This document shows positions 1 to 12,648 of a stretch of 64,000 nucleotides of DNA, in pieces. The notes under the pieces are model-generated. The model did no database searches, was not told the DNA's origin, and saw nothing but the letters and a program-made list of their open reading frames with translations. Both the position numbers and the translations under genes were made by a program. Within the stretch, counting starts at the first letter, position 1. The number at the start of each line of letters is the position of its first letter. Source of the stretch: Amoebophrya sp. A120 (taxonomy: Eukaryota; Protista; Dinoflagellata); NCBI GenBank assembly GCA_905178155.1, contig CAJINV010000001.1, forward strand, positions 15,128,142-15,192,141, written 5' to 3'.

Positions 1-1
1 G

Positions 2-1702
2 GCATCTGCGTCGTTAAGCGATCGGGATTGGTGGTCAGAATTTCTCGGAGCCGACTGCGACGAGGACGCGGAGCCCAGCTCCGAACACCTCCACTGTGCC
101 CTCAACTTCAGCGGTCCCCTGGCGACGGTGTTGCAGAGTCCGCTGCCGAAGTTCGTCGCGAACAAGAGCACAGCAACAGCGGATAGTAAAAACGAAGACC
201 AGCAAGATGAACATGTTGACAAGATCAGTGCCATTGTGAGTTGGCAGGAAGAAGCAAAGGCGCTATTCCCGCCGCTGTTGAACAAGAAAAACTTGATCGG
301 CGACACACTCAAATGGCTCCTAGACAGAGAGATTGGTGCGCGAATCCTCCCGAAAGCGACAAAACCGTTGTCGGGCTCCGTGAGCGCCGCCGTGCGGCTG
401 GTCGCCATTCTTCACAGCAACGTGCTAGATTCGCTAATCCACATGCTGCTGATCAGGCGAAAAAAGTTGAAGAGACCAGACGGGTCGTCGGGCATCACGC
501 GCCAAGAAGCAGAGAAGGTCTGGGCCAAGTTGGAAAAGGAGGAAAAGAAAGCGGCTGGCTCGAATAAATCTGACGGAAGAAGCGATTCTGGCCACAACAC
601 CCGAGGGCGGATGTTTGAGAGTGCGCTCGAGTTGGAGCTTTTCCAAGTGGGGTTGCAAAACGCAGGGTTTCTGAAGCGCAACAAGAAGTTTTTACTGGCC
701 AAAAGAACCGAGTTCCCGTCCTTACTGCGAGACCCGCTCGTCGCGCAGCTGTTCCACAAAACCCGGCGCGTCACGCTGCTGGAAACAAGGTTGGATGAGC
801 GGTTTGGTTACAAGCTGGACGCCTCGAAAAACTTTTGGATTCCGGGTCTCCCCAGCATCGCGGAACCCATCCTCCGAGGTCATCCATTACTTTTTGACCT
901 CGAGAAGATCGGGAAGCTGCCTCTCAGCCTGCTGGAGACCAAGTTTGTGCCGCCGCCCGAAGACAAAGTCGCGTCGAGCTACGCCCCGGGAGTGTTGCCG
1001 GACGAGAAGATGGAGATCGATTCCCGGCTCGTGATGCACCCCGGCCGGCTGCACAGCGGCTGCAACGAGGAAGTGTTGCCGGTTTTTTGCGATATTTTAC
1101 AGGCATCAAATTTCCAGCAGGAGGCCGCGTCCTACGTGTTTGGCCCGACGGAACTCAGGCGTATCCGCCGGGGGTCCTGGACGCAGATCGGCGGGATGAA
1201 CTCCGCGTCCTGTGAGAGCAATGCGGGGATTTTGCTGCTTTACAACGGCGCAATTGGTGGAAAAAAAAACAAAAAGTCGGAGCTTTTCCTCGATGTCATC
1301 ACGCAGGAACCGGGTGGGGAGAAGCGATTACCCCCGGGCAAAGCGGCGGCAGTCGACGAGTGTCGGTATCCCGCTTCTGTTTCCATCGTGGACGAAAATC
1401 CAAGTGCGGCGAGGTCTACTTCTTCCAAACAGAAGAAAGACGCGATCCTTCTCGTCGTCCGCGTTTGGCACCCCCTGGTGCCTCCGTCGGAGAGAGCCCG
1501 ACTGGGAGAAATTTTACTCAAGGAACGCGTGGCCCCGGACTTGGTGCGGAAAATGGTCGAGAACATCGGGGAGACGAGGAGAAATTACTCCGTGTTGGCA
1601 CAGGATTGGCTCGCTGTAGAGCAAGAGAGCTTCGTGGAGCAAACCATGTTTTCCACAAGCGCGGAAGCGCCCAAATCAGATGTCGCAGATGATGAGCTTT
1701 GA
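2..1702 (+). CDS. 5'-partial protein with a degenerate aspartyl/asparaginyl beta-hydroxylase-like C-terminal domain, possibly ER-resident
   Basis: Frame is open from position 2. It carries IPGL, GKAAAVDE and LLVVRVWHP (cf. ASPH IFIVDVWHP) and ends in DDEL. Iron-binding His residues are not evident. Confidence 0.45.
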   Translation, partial: ASASLSDRDWWSEFLGADCDEDAEPSSEHLHCALNFSGPLATVLQSPLPKFVANKSTATADSKNEDQQDEHVDKISAIVSWQEEAKALFPPLLNKKNLIGDTLKWLLDREIGARILPKATKPLSGSVSAAVRLVAILHSNVLDSLIHMLLIRRKKLKRPDGSSGITRQEAEKVWAKLEKEEKKAAGSNKSDGRSDSGHNTRGRMFESALELELFQVGLQNAGFLKRNKKFLLAKRTEFPSLLRDPLVAQLFHKTRRVTLLETRLDERFGYKLDASKNFWIPGLPSIAEPILRGHPLLFDLEKIGKLPLSLLETKFVPPPEDKVASSYAPGVLPDEKMEIDSRLVMHPGRLHSGCNEEVLPVFCDILQASNFQQEAASYVFGPTELRRIRRGSWTQIGGMNSASCESNAGILLLYNGAIGGKKNKKSELFLDVITQEPGGEKRLPPGKAAAVDECRYPASVSIVDENPSAARSTSSKQKKDAILLVVRVWHPLVPPSERARLGEILLKERVAPDLVRKMVENIGETRRNYSVLAQDWLAVEQESFVEQTMFSTSAEAPKSDVADDEL

Positions 1703-2260
1703 ACAGGAATAGGAAAGTAGGCATGTAGTTGGTACCGCTGAAAGATAGAAGATTGTGCTACGCATAATTAGGATTTAGCGCAATCGTCCGGGCCCGCCGT
1801 GGTTTCCCTCTGATTATATACGTTTTATCGGTGAGACTGGCGTCAGAAGATACATTGCCTCGGTATTCCTTTTCGTGACGACGTTTCGGTTGTAAATCGA
1901 TGTACCAAAGCTGCATAGCACTCTTCGGTCATACCAACGCAGCATCCGTCCTATCGATCGGTTCTGCCAGTTGCGCAACCTGTTAAGATTTCCGTAGAGT
2001 TTCGGTTTGCGTTTTGAGACAACTATGTATCGGTAGTGATCTCTGGTACGTGTTTCGGTAGTTGTCGTTTCATCTGTGAAAATTGTTGTGCTTCTCTCTT
2101 GCGAAGATCATGCATTTTTCACTCAGACCGTTGCTTGCAGACTCTGAAAAATATCCCTGTGCCTATTGTCTCTGTATCGTTTTATTATTTTAGCTTTTTC
2201 ATCCCCGCTCTGGCTCTTCATACATAACACTTTATTCCCTATCGCTATCCCACATTCAAA

Positions 2261-3418
2261 ATGAATCGACGCGCCGGCCCCCCCGCCTCCGCGGCAAACG
2301 TGCGCCCGGTCCCGAAGGGAGCTTCCAAGCAGGTCGGCTACACGCCGACCGTCGCCGAGGTGAACACGGTGGCCCGCGATCTCTCCGGCCTCGGCCTGTC
2401 CGATAGCGACGACGACGAGCGCTTCAATCTGCTCCGGCACAACCAACCGGAGCCACCTCCCTCCCCGACCACCGCAGCGAATATCAAGTCGGCCGCTGTG
2501 GCCACCGTGAAACCTCTCCGCAACACGCCCCTGTCGCTGAAGCGCGGCCCCTTCGGCCGGACGGTGGACGGCATTACGCCGGCCTTGAACCCGCCGGTCG
2601 TGCTGCGGATGCGGTGCCTGGTGCTCGGGTCCGCGGCGGTCGGGAAAACGTCCGTGATTCGCAAGGCCATCGGGCTGAAGGAACCCAACGGCCACACCGT
2701 GCACTCCATTCCGCGGTGCGGAGCGGCCGACGTGCCACGCATCAAGAAGAAGGCGACCTACGATCGCCAGAGCTACCTGCCGACCATCGGGGTGCGGCTC
2801 GGCTTCGAGGAGCAGAACGCGGGGACTAGCACACCTACTGGGATGTTGAACAGCAGTGCCATGCCGCCGACAGGGCCGGTGAAGGGCCGGCACAGCGTGC
2901 AGGTACTGAAGGAAAGCCAAATGGACTCGGGCGAAAAGCTGAATGCCACCAGTTCTTACGTGGTTCCGGTTTTCGTCCCGGAAGCCAACGTGCTCGTGGA
3001 GCTGCACTGTCTCGACCTGGGCGGCGCGCAGGCCTCGCTCGGGAGTTTTGACTACTACTTCAAGGCGTACCAATTCCACCTGTGCAACGCGCTGCTCGTC
3101 GTCTGCGATTTGATGCAGCCAAAGTCTTTCGGCATCCAGAAGTGGCTGGAGAAGGTCCGACTCCCGCAGCTCTCCATGCACCCGATCGGATGTGTGGTGG
3201 GGAACAAATTGGACCAGTTGTACGACGCGCCGACGAAACAATTCTCCCCGAGCCCGCCCGAGGCAAAGAGCGGCGCGGAGGCCGCGGGTTTCGGGTACTT
3301 CGAGACCAGTGTTTTCGCGGAAGACGACTCTATTCTGAAACCGTTTCATTATCTCGCGGAAAACTACGCGCGCAGGTACCGCAACCGGGAGGACGCACTG
3401 CGGGATTTGCGGACTTGA
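2261..3418 (+). CDS. IFT27: Rab-like small GTPase IFT27/RABL4 (intraflagellar transport)
   Basis: GSAAVGKTS P-loop, YLPTIGV, VPEANVLVELHCLDLGG, KWLEKVR, GNKLD and FETSV...PFHYLA. There is no C-terminal prenylation motif. Intronless. Confidence 0.75.
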   Translation: MNRRAGPPASAANVRPVPKGASKQVGYTPTVAEVNTVARDLSGLGLSDSDDDERFNLLRHNQPEPPPSPTTAANIKSAAVATVKPLRNTPLSLKRGPFGRTVDGITPALNPPVVLRMRCLVLGSAAVGKTSVIRKAIGLKEPNGHTVHSIPRCGAADVPRIKKKATYDRQSYLPTIGVRLGFEEQNAGTSTPTGMLNSSAMPPTGPVKGRHSVQVLKESQMDSGEKLNATSSYVVPVFVPEANVLVELHCLDLGGAQASLGSFDYYFKAYQFHLCNALLVVCDLMQPKSFGIQKWLEKVRLPQLSMHPIGCVVGNKLDQLYDAPTKQFSPSPPEAKSGAEAAGFGYFETSVFAEDDSILKPFHYLAENYARRYRNREDALRDLRT

Positions 3419-3841
3419 GGGTGATAGATATCTTTCGATCTCACTGTGGAACAAAAAACTCTTGATGGAGCGGAAACAGTTACGTGTCATTTCGACTCGT
3501 TTCGCATTTTTTTGGTAAAGTACTTCGCCACGACACATCTTTATTTTTCAGCTGAGGCTGGGGCTCACGTACACGTTCCACCAAGTGCTGGGTGTTTTGT
3601 GTGATGCAGAAGTGCATTTTTTGTTCGCAGTTCTGTGTCGCCCTTTTTGGGATACTTATCCGTCGATTGAATCTTTCTTGTCCATTTCCTAGGCGTTGCC
3701 ACGAGCGGCGAGCCTGATCTCATGCTCCATTACAAGCACAGGTCAAACAAAACGTCCAAAATCTAGAACATGGCTGTCGGTGAGTGATCATTCAAAATGA
3801 CGAAGTAGAAAAGCCACGAAGTTGAAAGTGAACAAGGAAAA

Positions 3842-5550
3842 ATGTCCACTACTGGCTCATCCGTCGCGCTCGTCGCACTCGTGTGCGCGTTCTTTGCTGG
3901 TTTTGCACCTCCACAAACGTTCGTTTCCGCGCAGCAGCAGGACGATGGAAGTGGTAACTGGTTGCTGCGGAGTTTTGTGGAGCACATGCACTGCGAAATG
4001 AAGGAAGAGCAGGATGTGGAATTTTGGCGCGACGTGCACCGGTTGACCTCCGCTTTGGACCCGCTATCCGAAGAGTTTTCGCCCAACGAGTACGAGCAGG
4101 TGCGAGTGGCTGCGAACCTGCCGGACTTGGCGCAACCCCAGCCGGAGCAAGTTTTGCTACAGAGGATATCGCACGTGCAAAACTTACTTACCCACATCCT
4201 CGTCCCCTACAACGTCGTGGACCCTGTGTTCGCCCTCGAGTGCCCCCTCGGGACAGCCGCGTTGCTGAAACAGTTTGCGCGATACTGTCTTCACCTCTTT
4301 CAAGAGAGGTGCGCGCAGCGAGCCGTGCGGGTGCTGCAGTTGGCGAAGCTCATGACGCTGTTCAATTTTCCGGACTACGGGACCATGATGGGCCAAAGCA
4401 AGTGGCGCGCGGATTTGGGCACGCTGAGCTCGCAGGTGAGAAAAAGAGTACTCGTTTCTTTTATTTTGATGCGGACACGCTGCACACACATTCATTGATG
4501 AAAGATCTATGTAATATTTGCGTGTCGCTTAATCCCCCCCAACAGGTCTATGAACTCTACGGGCCCGGGGCGCAGACCGCCGTTCGGCGAAAGCAGCTGA
4601 CAGCACCAGTGACCGCCATGTTAAGTATTGGGATTGTTTCCTACTGCAACTACGGGTCGAGCAGCTTCCCGCTCCCCGGATGGAGTCGACGGAACAAAAA
4701 CGCGTACGCGAAAAAGCACGGCTATGTGATTCATCACTTGGAGAAGCCGATTGTAAAGCAGTACCACCCCTGGATGAACAAACTTCTCGCCGTGCGCCAC
4801 TACCTCCCGTCCCACGACTGGATTATGTGGGTCGACTGCGACGCGTATTTCATGAACTTCGAGGAGAAGATCGAGGATTTGCTTTTTCAGGAACGGGAAA
4901 GCGTCAACGCGCTCGGGGACGCAGATCAAGCCGCTCAGACCGCCACAATACTAGCGTCAGGCGAGCAGGAGGATGGGCAGGGAGGGAGTGAGTCCGGAGG
5001 TGGCTCCGGAAGTTCATCGCCCGCGTCCAGCGACCCAGTAACCGGTGAGACGAAGTTCGATTTTGTGATTGCGGAGGACGGAAACATGTTCAACAGCGGC
5101 GTGTTTCTGATCAAGAACAGCGCTTGGGGCATGAAGTTTCTGAACAACAGTATTGATTTGCTAGCCGCCCCGATGCCCTACTCCTTCCAGCACAATCAGT
5201 GGCACGAGCAGAGCCCGTTTATGTACATTGCCTTGGTGCCCCACATCCTGGATTTGAACACGCTGATTTCGACCTCCTCGCTCGCGAAACCCGAGAAAGG
5301 GCTCGTGCAGACGGATTGGCGAACGCTGGGCTACGATCCGAGTCACGTGCGGGTGGTGCCGCAGTCCCGCATGAACTCCTACCCGCCGGAACTGGTGCAG
5401 CGTACCCAGCACGCGCTGCGCCACCACGGGTTTGCGGACCGCGACTTTGTGATTAGCTTCAACGGCTGCGGCTCGGTGCTGGGCGGCGACGTGTGCTTGA
5501 AAATCTTCGGGGACTACTTCGAACAGAGCATGCGCGGGGTACAGGAATAG
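3842..5550 (+). CDS. GT34-family galactosyl/glycosyltransferase; exons 3842-4435 and 4546-5550
   Basis: N-terminal signal anchor. GT-AG intron 4436-4545 joins the ORFs in frame. Motifs YAKKHGY, WMNKL, WIMWVDCDA, FNSGVFLIKN and WHEQ. Confidence 0.75.
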
Positions 5551-6163
5551 CAGTTCTTCGTTTGCCCAGAAGACGAACCGCGTTGCACCATCCTTTGAGA
5601 ATACAGTTCTGCAGGAGCACCTCCGTGAAACAAAATCAGTGAAGGACGACCCTTCAGTCCAAAAAAACACAGTGTGCATCGCTGCTACTATGGCGTGTTC
5701 AGACTAGTTCTTGCTTTTTCTGAAGAAGATCATGAAGAAGATTCTCAGCTCCCTTCGCACGATCGTCGTCAAGGATCCTTCGTGCAGTAGCAGCACGCTT
5801 TAGCGAAAGCACGTTGCGGCCGATCCAGCAGTACTGCAATAGAAGACCCGCAGCCACTACATAGATCATGCGAACCAGTATCCTTTTGTGATCCATTTAC
5901 TCTGGTTTTTTTGATAAATAATCTTTCCGATGTCACCATTCCCTCTGTTGGACGCGAACAGGTCAGATGAAGGCGTGAGATCTACGTGTATTTTTCCTCT
6001 AAGGTAGACGTAGATACCAACGCAAAAAATGATGGCCCACCGTCAGTAAAGTAATTGTCAGGTTACCTTCAATTGTAAGATTCCCCAGATAACAAGTAGT
6101 TTCACCCCTCAAAGACTAAGAAGTACTCCCGAACTACAACTTGCTTGTTAGTGTATCAGGAAA

Positions 6164-9100
6164 ATGGTCATCCGTTCCGACGACGACGACAGCGATGCCG
6201 AGAGCGTGCAGAAGCCGACGAAGAAGGCGCGGCTCGGGGGCGCGAAAACGACCTTCGTGAGCAAACAGGAGCGGGAAAAACGCGAACGGGAGGAAGCGGA
6301 CAAGGAGCGCGAGGCGCAGCGCCGGCGAGAGCAGGAGGCAACGAGGAAACGAAAACAGTTCCTCTTTGCCGACCCGCGGGATGCGGAGCGGCAGCGCGAG
6401 CGCCAGGAGCGCGAGTTCCAGCGAAAAATCCGTGAGCAGGAGAGGGCAACGAAGATGGGCAACAATCCGAATAACATCCCTCTCGGAAACGGCGCCTCCG
6501 CTGCGGACGGCGTCGCGGTGGGGAACGGGAAAGCCTCGTCCAGCAAGGCGCCGCCGAAACAGGTGGAGGTGAAGAAGGCACAGAGCACGTTGCGCGACCT
6601 GGGGCTCTTGTCGAACGAGCAGTACGAATCTGCCGCTTCAAGCGTGAAAACGGGGGCGGAGGGGACGGTAAGTTTTGTTTTGTTTTGTCTTGTCTTGTTT
6701 GATTTCCGTTTTTCCTTAAACACGTGCTTGGCACCAGTTGGGCAACATGGTGGAAAAACTACCAGAGCTACAGCAGGCACGATTCTTTTGATTAAGGGGG
6801 AAATAATTTCTACTGACCACAACTTATTTCCCTACCGCAGGCCAACAGCGCGGAACTTTGGCAGTTGAAGAAGAACTATCTGGGACTACGGGACGAAAAG
6901 CGGAAACTGCAGAAACCGTCTGAGAAGTTTCGCAACATTTTCAACTTCGAGTGGGCAGCCGACGACGACACGTTTCGGGGAGACACGAACGAACTGTACA
7001 CGAAGCGGCCCGAGCCGCAGCTTCTCTTCGGCCGCGGGTATCGGGCTGGGATGGACGTTCGTGAACAGCGCAAAACCAATATCGTAAGGAAAAATCCCCC
7101 CTCCCCATATCAAAAACGTATCCGTCTGAAAATTTGTGATGCGCATTTGCGACCTCAAATCCTGTCTGTCTTGCAAGAAGGCAAGTCCAGAAAGCATTCC
7201 GCATTTTGCAGGCGGTTTGTGATGCTGTTTGGCTTAGAGCATACACGTTTGTCATGCTAGGTGCCTACGTCAAAACCTCTTCCCTGAGGCTTGACATATG
7301 CCAGCATTCCTCTACTGCAAGACAAATCTGACTTGTGTATGGAAATCCAGCATCAGAAACTTCGTTTCGATATGGGGAGGGGGGATTTTTCCTTTTGATA
7401 GCCAACACCTTCTACGAAAACATGATCTCCGTTCGAGCCGAGGCCACGGGGGAGGAGGTACTTGCAACTTTTTCTACCGTTTGTTTCACTTGTTTTGCAT
7501 GATCGTCACGAAATGGGAAGATGGTGGTCAGTGATGGACCACACAGTGGGAACTTCGTTATTGTTTCTGTTGTTATCATGCTTAGTGTTAAGTTCACAAT
7601 TAATTGAACCGCTCTTCAGGTGGGAAGTTTCCTGTCCAACCGTGAGGCGATGCTGCAGAAGAAGGAGGACCGTGCGAATGCGGACGACGAGAAGCACTGG
7701 AGCGCGAAGCCGGTGAGCGAAATGACGGTGCGCGACTGGAAGATCTTCCGGGAGGACCACCAAATCGTTCTCCGGGGCGGCCGCGTGCCGCCGCCCATGC
7801 GGAACTGGGCCGAGGCCCCGCTGCCCGTGGAATTACTAGACGCCGTGAATAAGTGCGGGTACACCGCGCCCACCCCGGTGCAGATGCAGGCGATCCCCGT
7901 CGCCTGCGCGCTGCGCGATTTGATCGCCATCGCGGAAACGGGTAGCGGGAAGACGGCCGCGTACGCGCTGCCGCTGTTGCGCTACCTCCACGACCTCCCG
8001 CAGTTGGACAACGAGAGCGCGCAGATGGGTCCGTACGCGGTCATTCTGTGTCCGAGTCACGAGCTGGCGTTCCAGATTGAGACGGAAGTGGGGAAGTTTA
8101 AGCACTTCATTCCCCACATTCGGACAGTGACCTTGGTCGGCGGGCAGGGCGGGCGGGACGCCGAGAAACAGGCGTTCGAGATCCGCAACGGGGTGGAATT
8201 GGTCATCGCCACGCCCGGTCGCTTGGTTGACGCCATCGACAAGCGCCACACGGTGCTGCACCAGTGCAATTACGTCATTTTAGACGAAGCAGACCGGATG
8301 ATCGCGCCAGGTAGAAAGAAGACGATCGCTTTTGTTTTGTGATGAAGAACCTACTCTGTTCTGCAGATTCATCCGTGTTTGTATCTATCATGTGAGATTT
8401 GCGAAAAAGCGTTGTTTCATCAATCTGTAAACTTATGAGAACGTCGATTCTACTTTCAGGTATGCAAGAGTACCTGTACCGCACCCTGGACGCGATTCCG
8501 TCGACAAATTTGAAGGCCGAGTCTGAAGACGCGGCGGTGAAACAGGAGCTGGAACTGCTCGCAGGCCACAGAAAATTTCGCATTACGCAAATGTACGGCG
8601 CTACCATCCCGCCACCGCTGGAGCGCCTCGCGCGAAAATACTGTCGACACCCGAGCGTCATTCAGGTATGGAATTTGTTTTTGAGATAGTTTTTGTTTAA
8701 GTCGAAAATGCATTTTTGAAGCGAGGGGAAGTCGAAACTGTAGCGCTGATTAAGTACCTCTATCGCGATTACGCTTGTCAGTTTCAATCATGTCATTGTT
8801 ATTTATCCTTCTACAGGTCGGCGATCCATCCGGCGGGAACAAGAACATTGATCAGCGTGTCAAGATGATGCAGGATGCGGACAAGCGCAAGGAGTTGGAG
8901 AACCTGATCAAGTCGGAGGACTTTGAGGTGCCGGCCATGGTGTTTGTCAACCAGAAGCGCGCCGCCGACGTGCTCGCGAAGTGGCTGGACAGCATCGGCA
9001 AACGGGCGGGAAAGCTCCACAGTGGCATGCTGGCGAGCGACAGGTACAGATTTGCTCATAGATGCTATGTATTTTCGTGTGTTGTTTGCTTTAGGTTCTA

Positions 9101-9881
9101 CTCGGGTGAAGCATTTTTAGAAGCGGAGTAGGCACGTGTGCTGGTCGTCTTCACTTTTGCCGTTTGCAGGTTAGTACAGTGAGGGACTGTTATCTTGCTG
9201 AAAAATTCATTTCAATTTCCCAACTCAACAGGCAAGCTGCACTGGAAAAGTTCAAGGGCGGACAGTTGGATTTCCTCATCGCCTATCAAATGTAAAAATG
9301 TCTGGGTCTGGAAGAATGCGCCTTGTCATGCTAAATCTGCAGCATGCAAAAATCTGTGTTGCATGATTACCAAAAGTCGTCCAGTTTTGACCAAGTCGGG
9401 AGGTAGTTTCTCATGCAGGATAGGCATTAGAAAGGTCTCGCAGACTCTGTCGTGCTAGGTCCTGCATTCCAGACCTCCCTCATGGGTCATGGAAAAGCAG
9501 CATGACAAATCGCGCACTCTTCCAGACCCAGACATTTTTACATTTGATATCGCCACCGACGTCGGCGCCCGCGGTCTGCACGTGGAGGGGCTCCCGCACG
9601 TGATTTGCTTCGACATGGCGACAAGCATCGACGAGTACAAGCAGCGCATCGGGCGAACGGGTCGTCTCGGCAAGAAGGGAATTTCCACCACGTTCCTCAC
9701 CCCGGCCGACGAGGGGCTGTACTTCGAACTGAAGGAATTCTTGATCGCGTGCGAGAAGCAGGTGCCCCACGAGCTGTCTTCGCACGAAGCCGCCAAGGTG
9801 AAGCCCGGGACAATCACCGAGTCCGGCCACATGGCCGGCGCAAAGACAAATGTGGTCTACTCCAGCACTTTTCGCGGCTAG
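6164..9881 (+). CDS. PRP28: Spliceosomal DEAD-box helicase Prp28/DDX23 (multi-exon)
   Basis: FNFEWAADDDT, LFGRG, HWSAK..MTVRDWKIFRED, AETGSGKT, ATPGRL, DEADRM and RIGRTGR. Canonical introns at 6668-6840, 7458-7619, 8311-8459, 8666-8816 and 9044-9231, plus two introners (7080-7400, 9284-9549). Confidence 0.92.
7080..7400 (+). mobile_element. Introner family A (321 bp), non-canonical intron in PRP28
   Basis: TIR tatcgtaaggaaaaatcccccctccccatatc / gatatggggaggggggatttttccttttgata. Imperfect TSD accaa/gccaa. Removal gives EQRK(T/A)NTFYENM. Confidence 0.9.
9284..9549 (+). mobile_element. Introner family B (266 bp) in PRP28
   Basis: 32-bp TIR tatcaaatgtaaaaatgtctgggtctggaaga. TSD tcgcc. Removal restores the conserved LIA|TDVGARG motif. 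Confidence 0.95.
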
Positions 9882-10534
9882 GAGTCGGGAGGGTGCTTTT
9901 CGTCCGTGCCGACAAGAATTCGTCTTGTGGTATTTTGTACGTACTACTAAAACAAGCGACAATTCATGATCAAGGGCAGTTCCGTAGAAAGGCTCTGGCG
10001 ATAGAGTCTGACATTGATTGTAGCGATCAATTTCATGATCGCCGCCAACTACACCCTTGCGGTTTCACTTTTTCAAAAAAAGCACGCTACGCCGCGAGTT
10101 TTCCCGACGACACGTATTCTGATCGGTTGTTTTGCTTCGCGGTGCAGTGCGAGCGAGCAGGTATCTAAATCAAGGGTCATAGTACCCTCTATGGCGGTGT
10201 TCGCGTTACCATTTGGAACAATCGACGAATGAATAAAGAAGAAAATGTCTCCTAACTACAGTGTGTCGCATCCTCGTCCTCTCGTCCTTGTGAATCGCAA
10301 TCGTCTATCGATCTTACATTAGAAGTCGCAGGAGACGCCACGGTGAGCGAGGGCCTTGACTGCTCGAGAATTGAAAAGGGGGCTTGCGAGTGATCCGCTT
10401 CCGTTGACATCGATAACAAGATTTCGTTGGTGTCTTGTTCGTAGTAGTACAGAGGCTGGATAGAAGCCGAACTGACAGAGAAGAAGTACTTCACCTCCAG
10501 TTCACTAGGAGCCTAAACATTAGTAGAAAAAAAA

Positions 10535-12648
10535 ATGACGACACGGACCTCCGCCGAGGCCGGCGAATACCTGCACGGGGTAGGGGACTACTTGGAAAAG
10601 GCAAACGTGTACCCTTATCTGCACCTGCTGGTGAAGGAACTGGTGTCACGGCAGCCCGCGGATCCAGTGCAGTTCCTGCTTGATTTCATCCCCAAGAGCA
10701 CCGCGCGCCTCGTGGTACTTGGACCAGGCAGTGAGGCGTTCGCGAAGAAAATAGCCGAAAATGGGGTCGGCGTAGCAAAGCCGGGGGAGCTAGAGACGTG
10801 CGATGGCACGGTAGACGAGATTTTTGATTGAAGTTGTACTGTCCAATAGCATGGATCTTTTTCCTTGCAATCTTTATACCTAGCGCGCTCCTCCGGAATC
10901 AATCTGCAACGCGTGATCCATCGATCAACACAGACGCTGTCATCGCCAGAATCCATCAAGTCGTCGCTGCAGACCAAGGAAAAGTGGGTGTGCTATGGCT
11001 ACCCTAGAAACGCATCGGAAGCTCTGGACATTGTAGATGCGCGAGTGCTCGTGTCGCTTGTCATCGTGCTGCAGGAGCGCGGCGCTGACAGAGAAGGTAA
11101 AGGAATCATGTGTATCGTTCTGGTTCAAAAGTGCTGCTGTGTTTCATCAAGAAAATAGTACTGTTGTTTCTGCTTCGCGACATTTTATCACCGTAGTTCT
11201 ATCGGAAAAATAAAAACTCTACAGCAACCCCAGAAGACCACGGGATGCTGCTATCGCATTCACAACTGTCGTCTATCCATCCGAGCCATGGTCATGCTGG
11301 TTTTGGTCATTTTTTGCTAGCCGTAAAACCATGCATTACCAAGATATTGCGTACTGATATTTCTTTATCGATCGTGTTCCTGAGTCTGACCCAGCAAGGT
11401 GTGGCAGGGTGCGTCTTTTATTTCACTTTCTGGTCTTGGATGGAATGGGATAGTTGTCAGCTTCATAGCGTCAGGCAATAGCCCAGTTTCCTAGCAGCGC
11501 GGTTTGCACGGTCGATGCGGGAGAGGACAATTACGAGGAGAATTTAGTGCTGATTACGAAAAAACTGCAACAGCAAAGTATCGCCAGTCAACCGCGCGCC
11601 GCGCCACAGATCATACTCTACGGCAGTAGGGGTAGCGGCGTCACCACGCAAGGCGAGCGACTCGCGAAAAAGCGCGGTCTGGTATAGAAAAAGTTCATTC
11701 ACAAAAACAAAAAGTGCTAGGTCGAGTTTTACTACTTCTGGTGCAAGTGGGTGTTTACGCCGTAAACAACAAGCGTGGCACAAATAAAGTAATCATCTGC
11801 GATTTGGATAATTCTCTGTCATTGCGGTGCAGGACACAGAAATGGAAAAACCTATCCCAGGTTCTCGTGGACGCGCACAGATTAGCCGGTGCATCAGGTT
11901 CCAAGTCTTCGTCCCACCGGCAGCAGCTGGTCGAGGCACGGCTGGCGCGGCCAGATGCGAAAGAAAAGGGCTTCGTCATGTGTCACTACCCTACCACGCC
12001 AGACGAAGCGGCGTCCCTGAAGCAGTACTTGAAAAAGAGCTACGCGGGGGAGCCCAAGTTGCTGCATTTGGGGGCTTCCTCCTGGGTCTGCGGCAGAAGG
12101 CTCGGCGGACAGATGTTCCGTGATGCCGGAAGTGGTAGCAGAAAAGACTTATTTTGTTGATAAGATGATCATGATAGTATGCAAACGATAGTGATAGCAA
12201 AACCAAAATGTAAGCAGGTTTTTTTTGTGATGTCGGGCTGCCTGTACAAAGAAAAAGAAAACGGTAAAGGAAAATGCTCATTCGTGACTCCTACCGATGA
12301 CAACATCGACATCTACTCCAGGTCGAATAATACCCCCGAGGGAAGCCACGAGAAATAGCAGCGTCAGCGGGCCCGACACGGATATGCCTGCCATGATCGC
12401 GTACTGAGATAAGATAACATTTTCCATGCATCTTCCGCTGCGTTTTGTGTGCAGTGTTTCTGATTAAGTCATTTGTTGGGTAGTTGACTTTCTTAGGCAG
12501 ACACACACCAACTTCGAAAAACAGGTATCGCGACTACCTGAAGCAGTGTGCGGGCATGCGTTTCGTGTTTGATGATTGGTACGATGTGGATGCGTCTCAG
12601 ACCATCGACCATGCCGGAGAAGAGATCGAGGAAGTGTTGGGATTGTAG
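10535..12648 (+). CDS. Adenylate kinase 8-like protein (Dpy-30/RIIa-type docking helix plus two degenerate AK domains); exon structure only partly resolved
   Basis: YLEKANVYPYLHLLVKELVSRQPADPVQFL, WVCYGYPRNASEA, IILYGSRGSGVTTQ, RLARPDAKEKGFVMCHYP, and terminal VDASQTIDH...VLGL*. Confidence 0.6.

Noticed and set aside
2123-3538. Long minus-strand ORFs (also 51843-53006 and 58225-59082)
   Set aside because: They are antisense shadows of well-supported + strand genes with GC-rich third codon positions.
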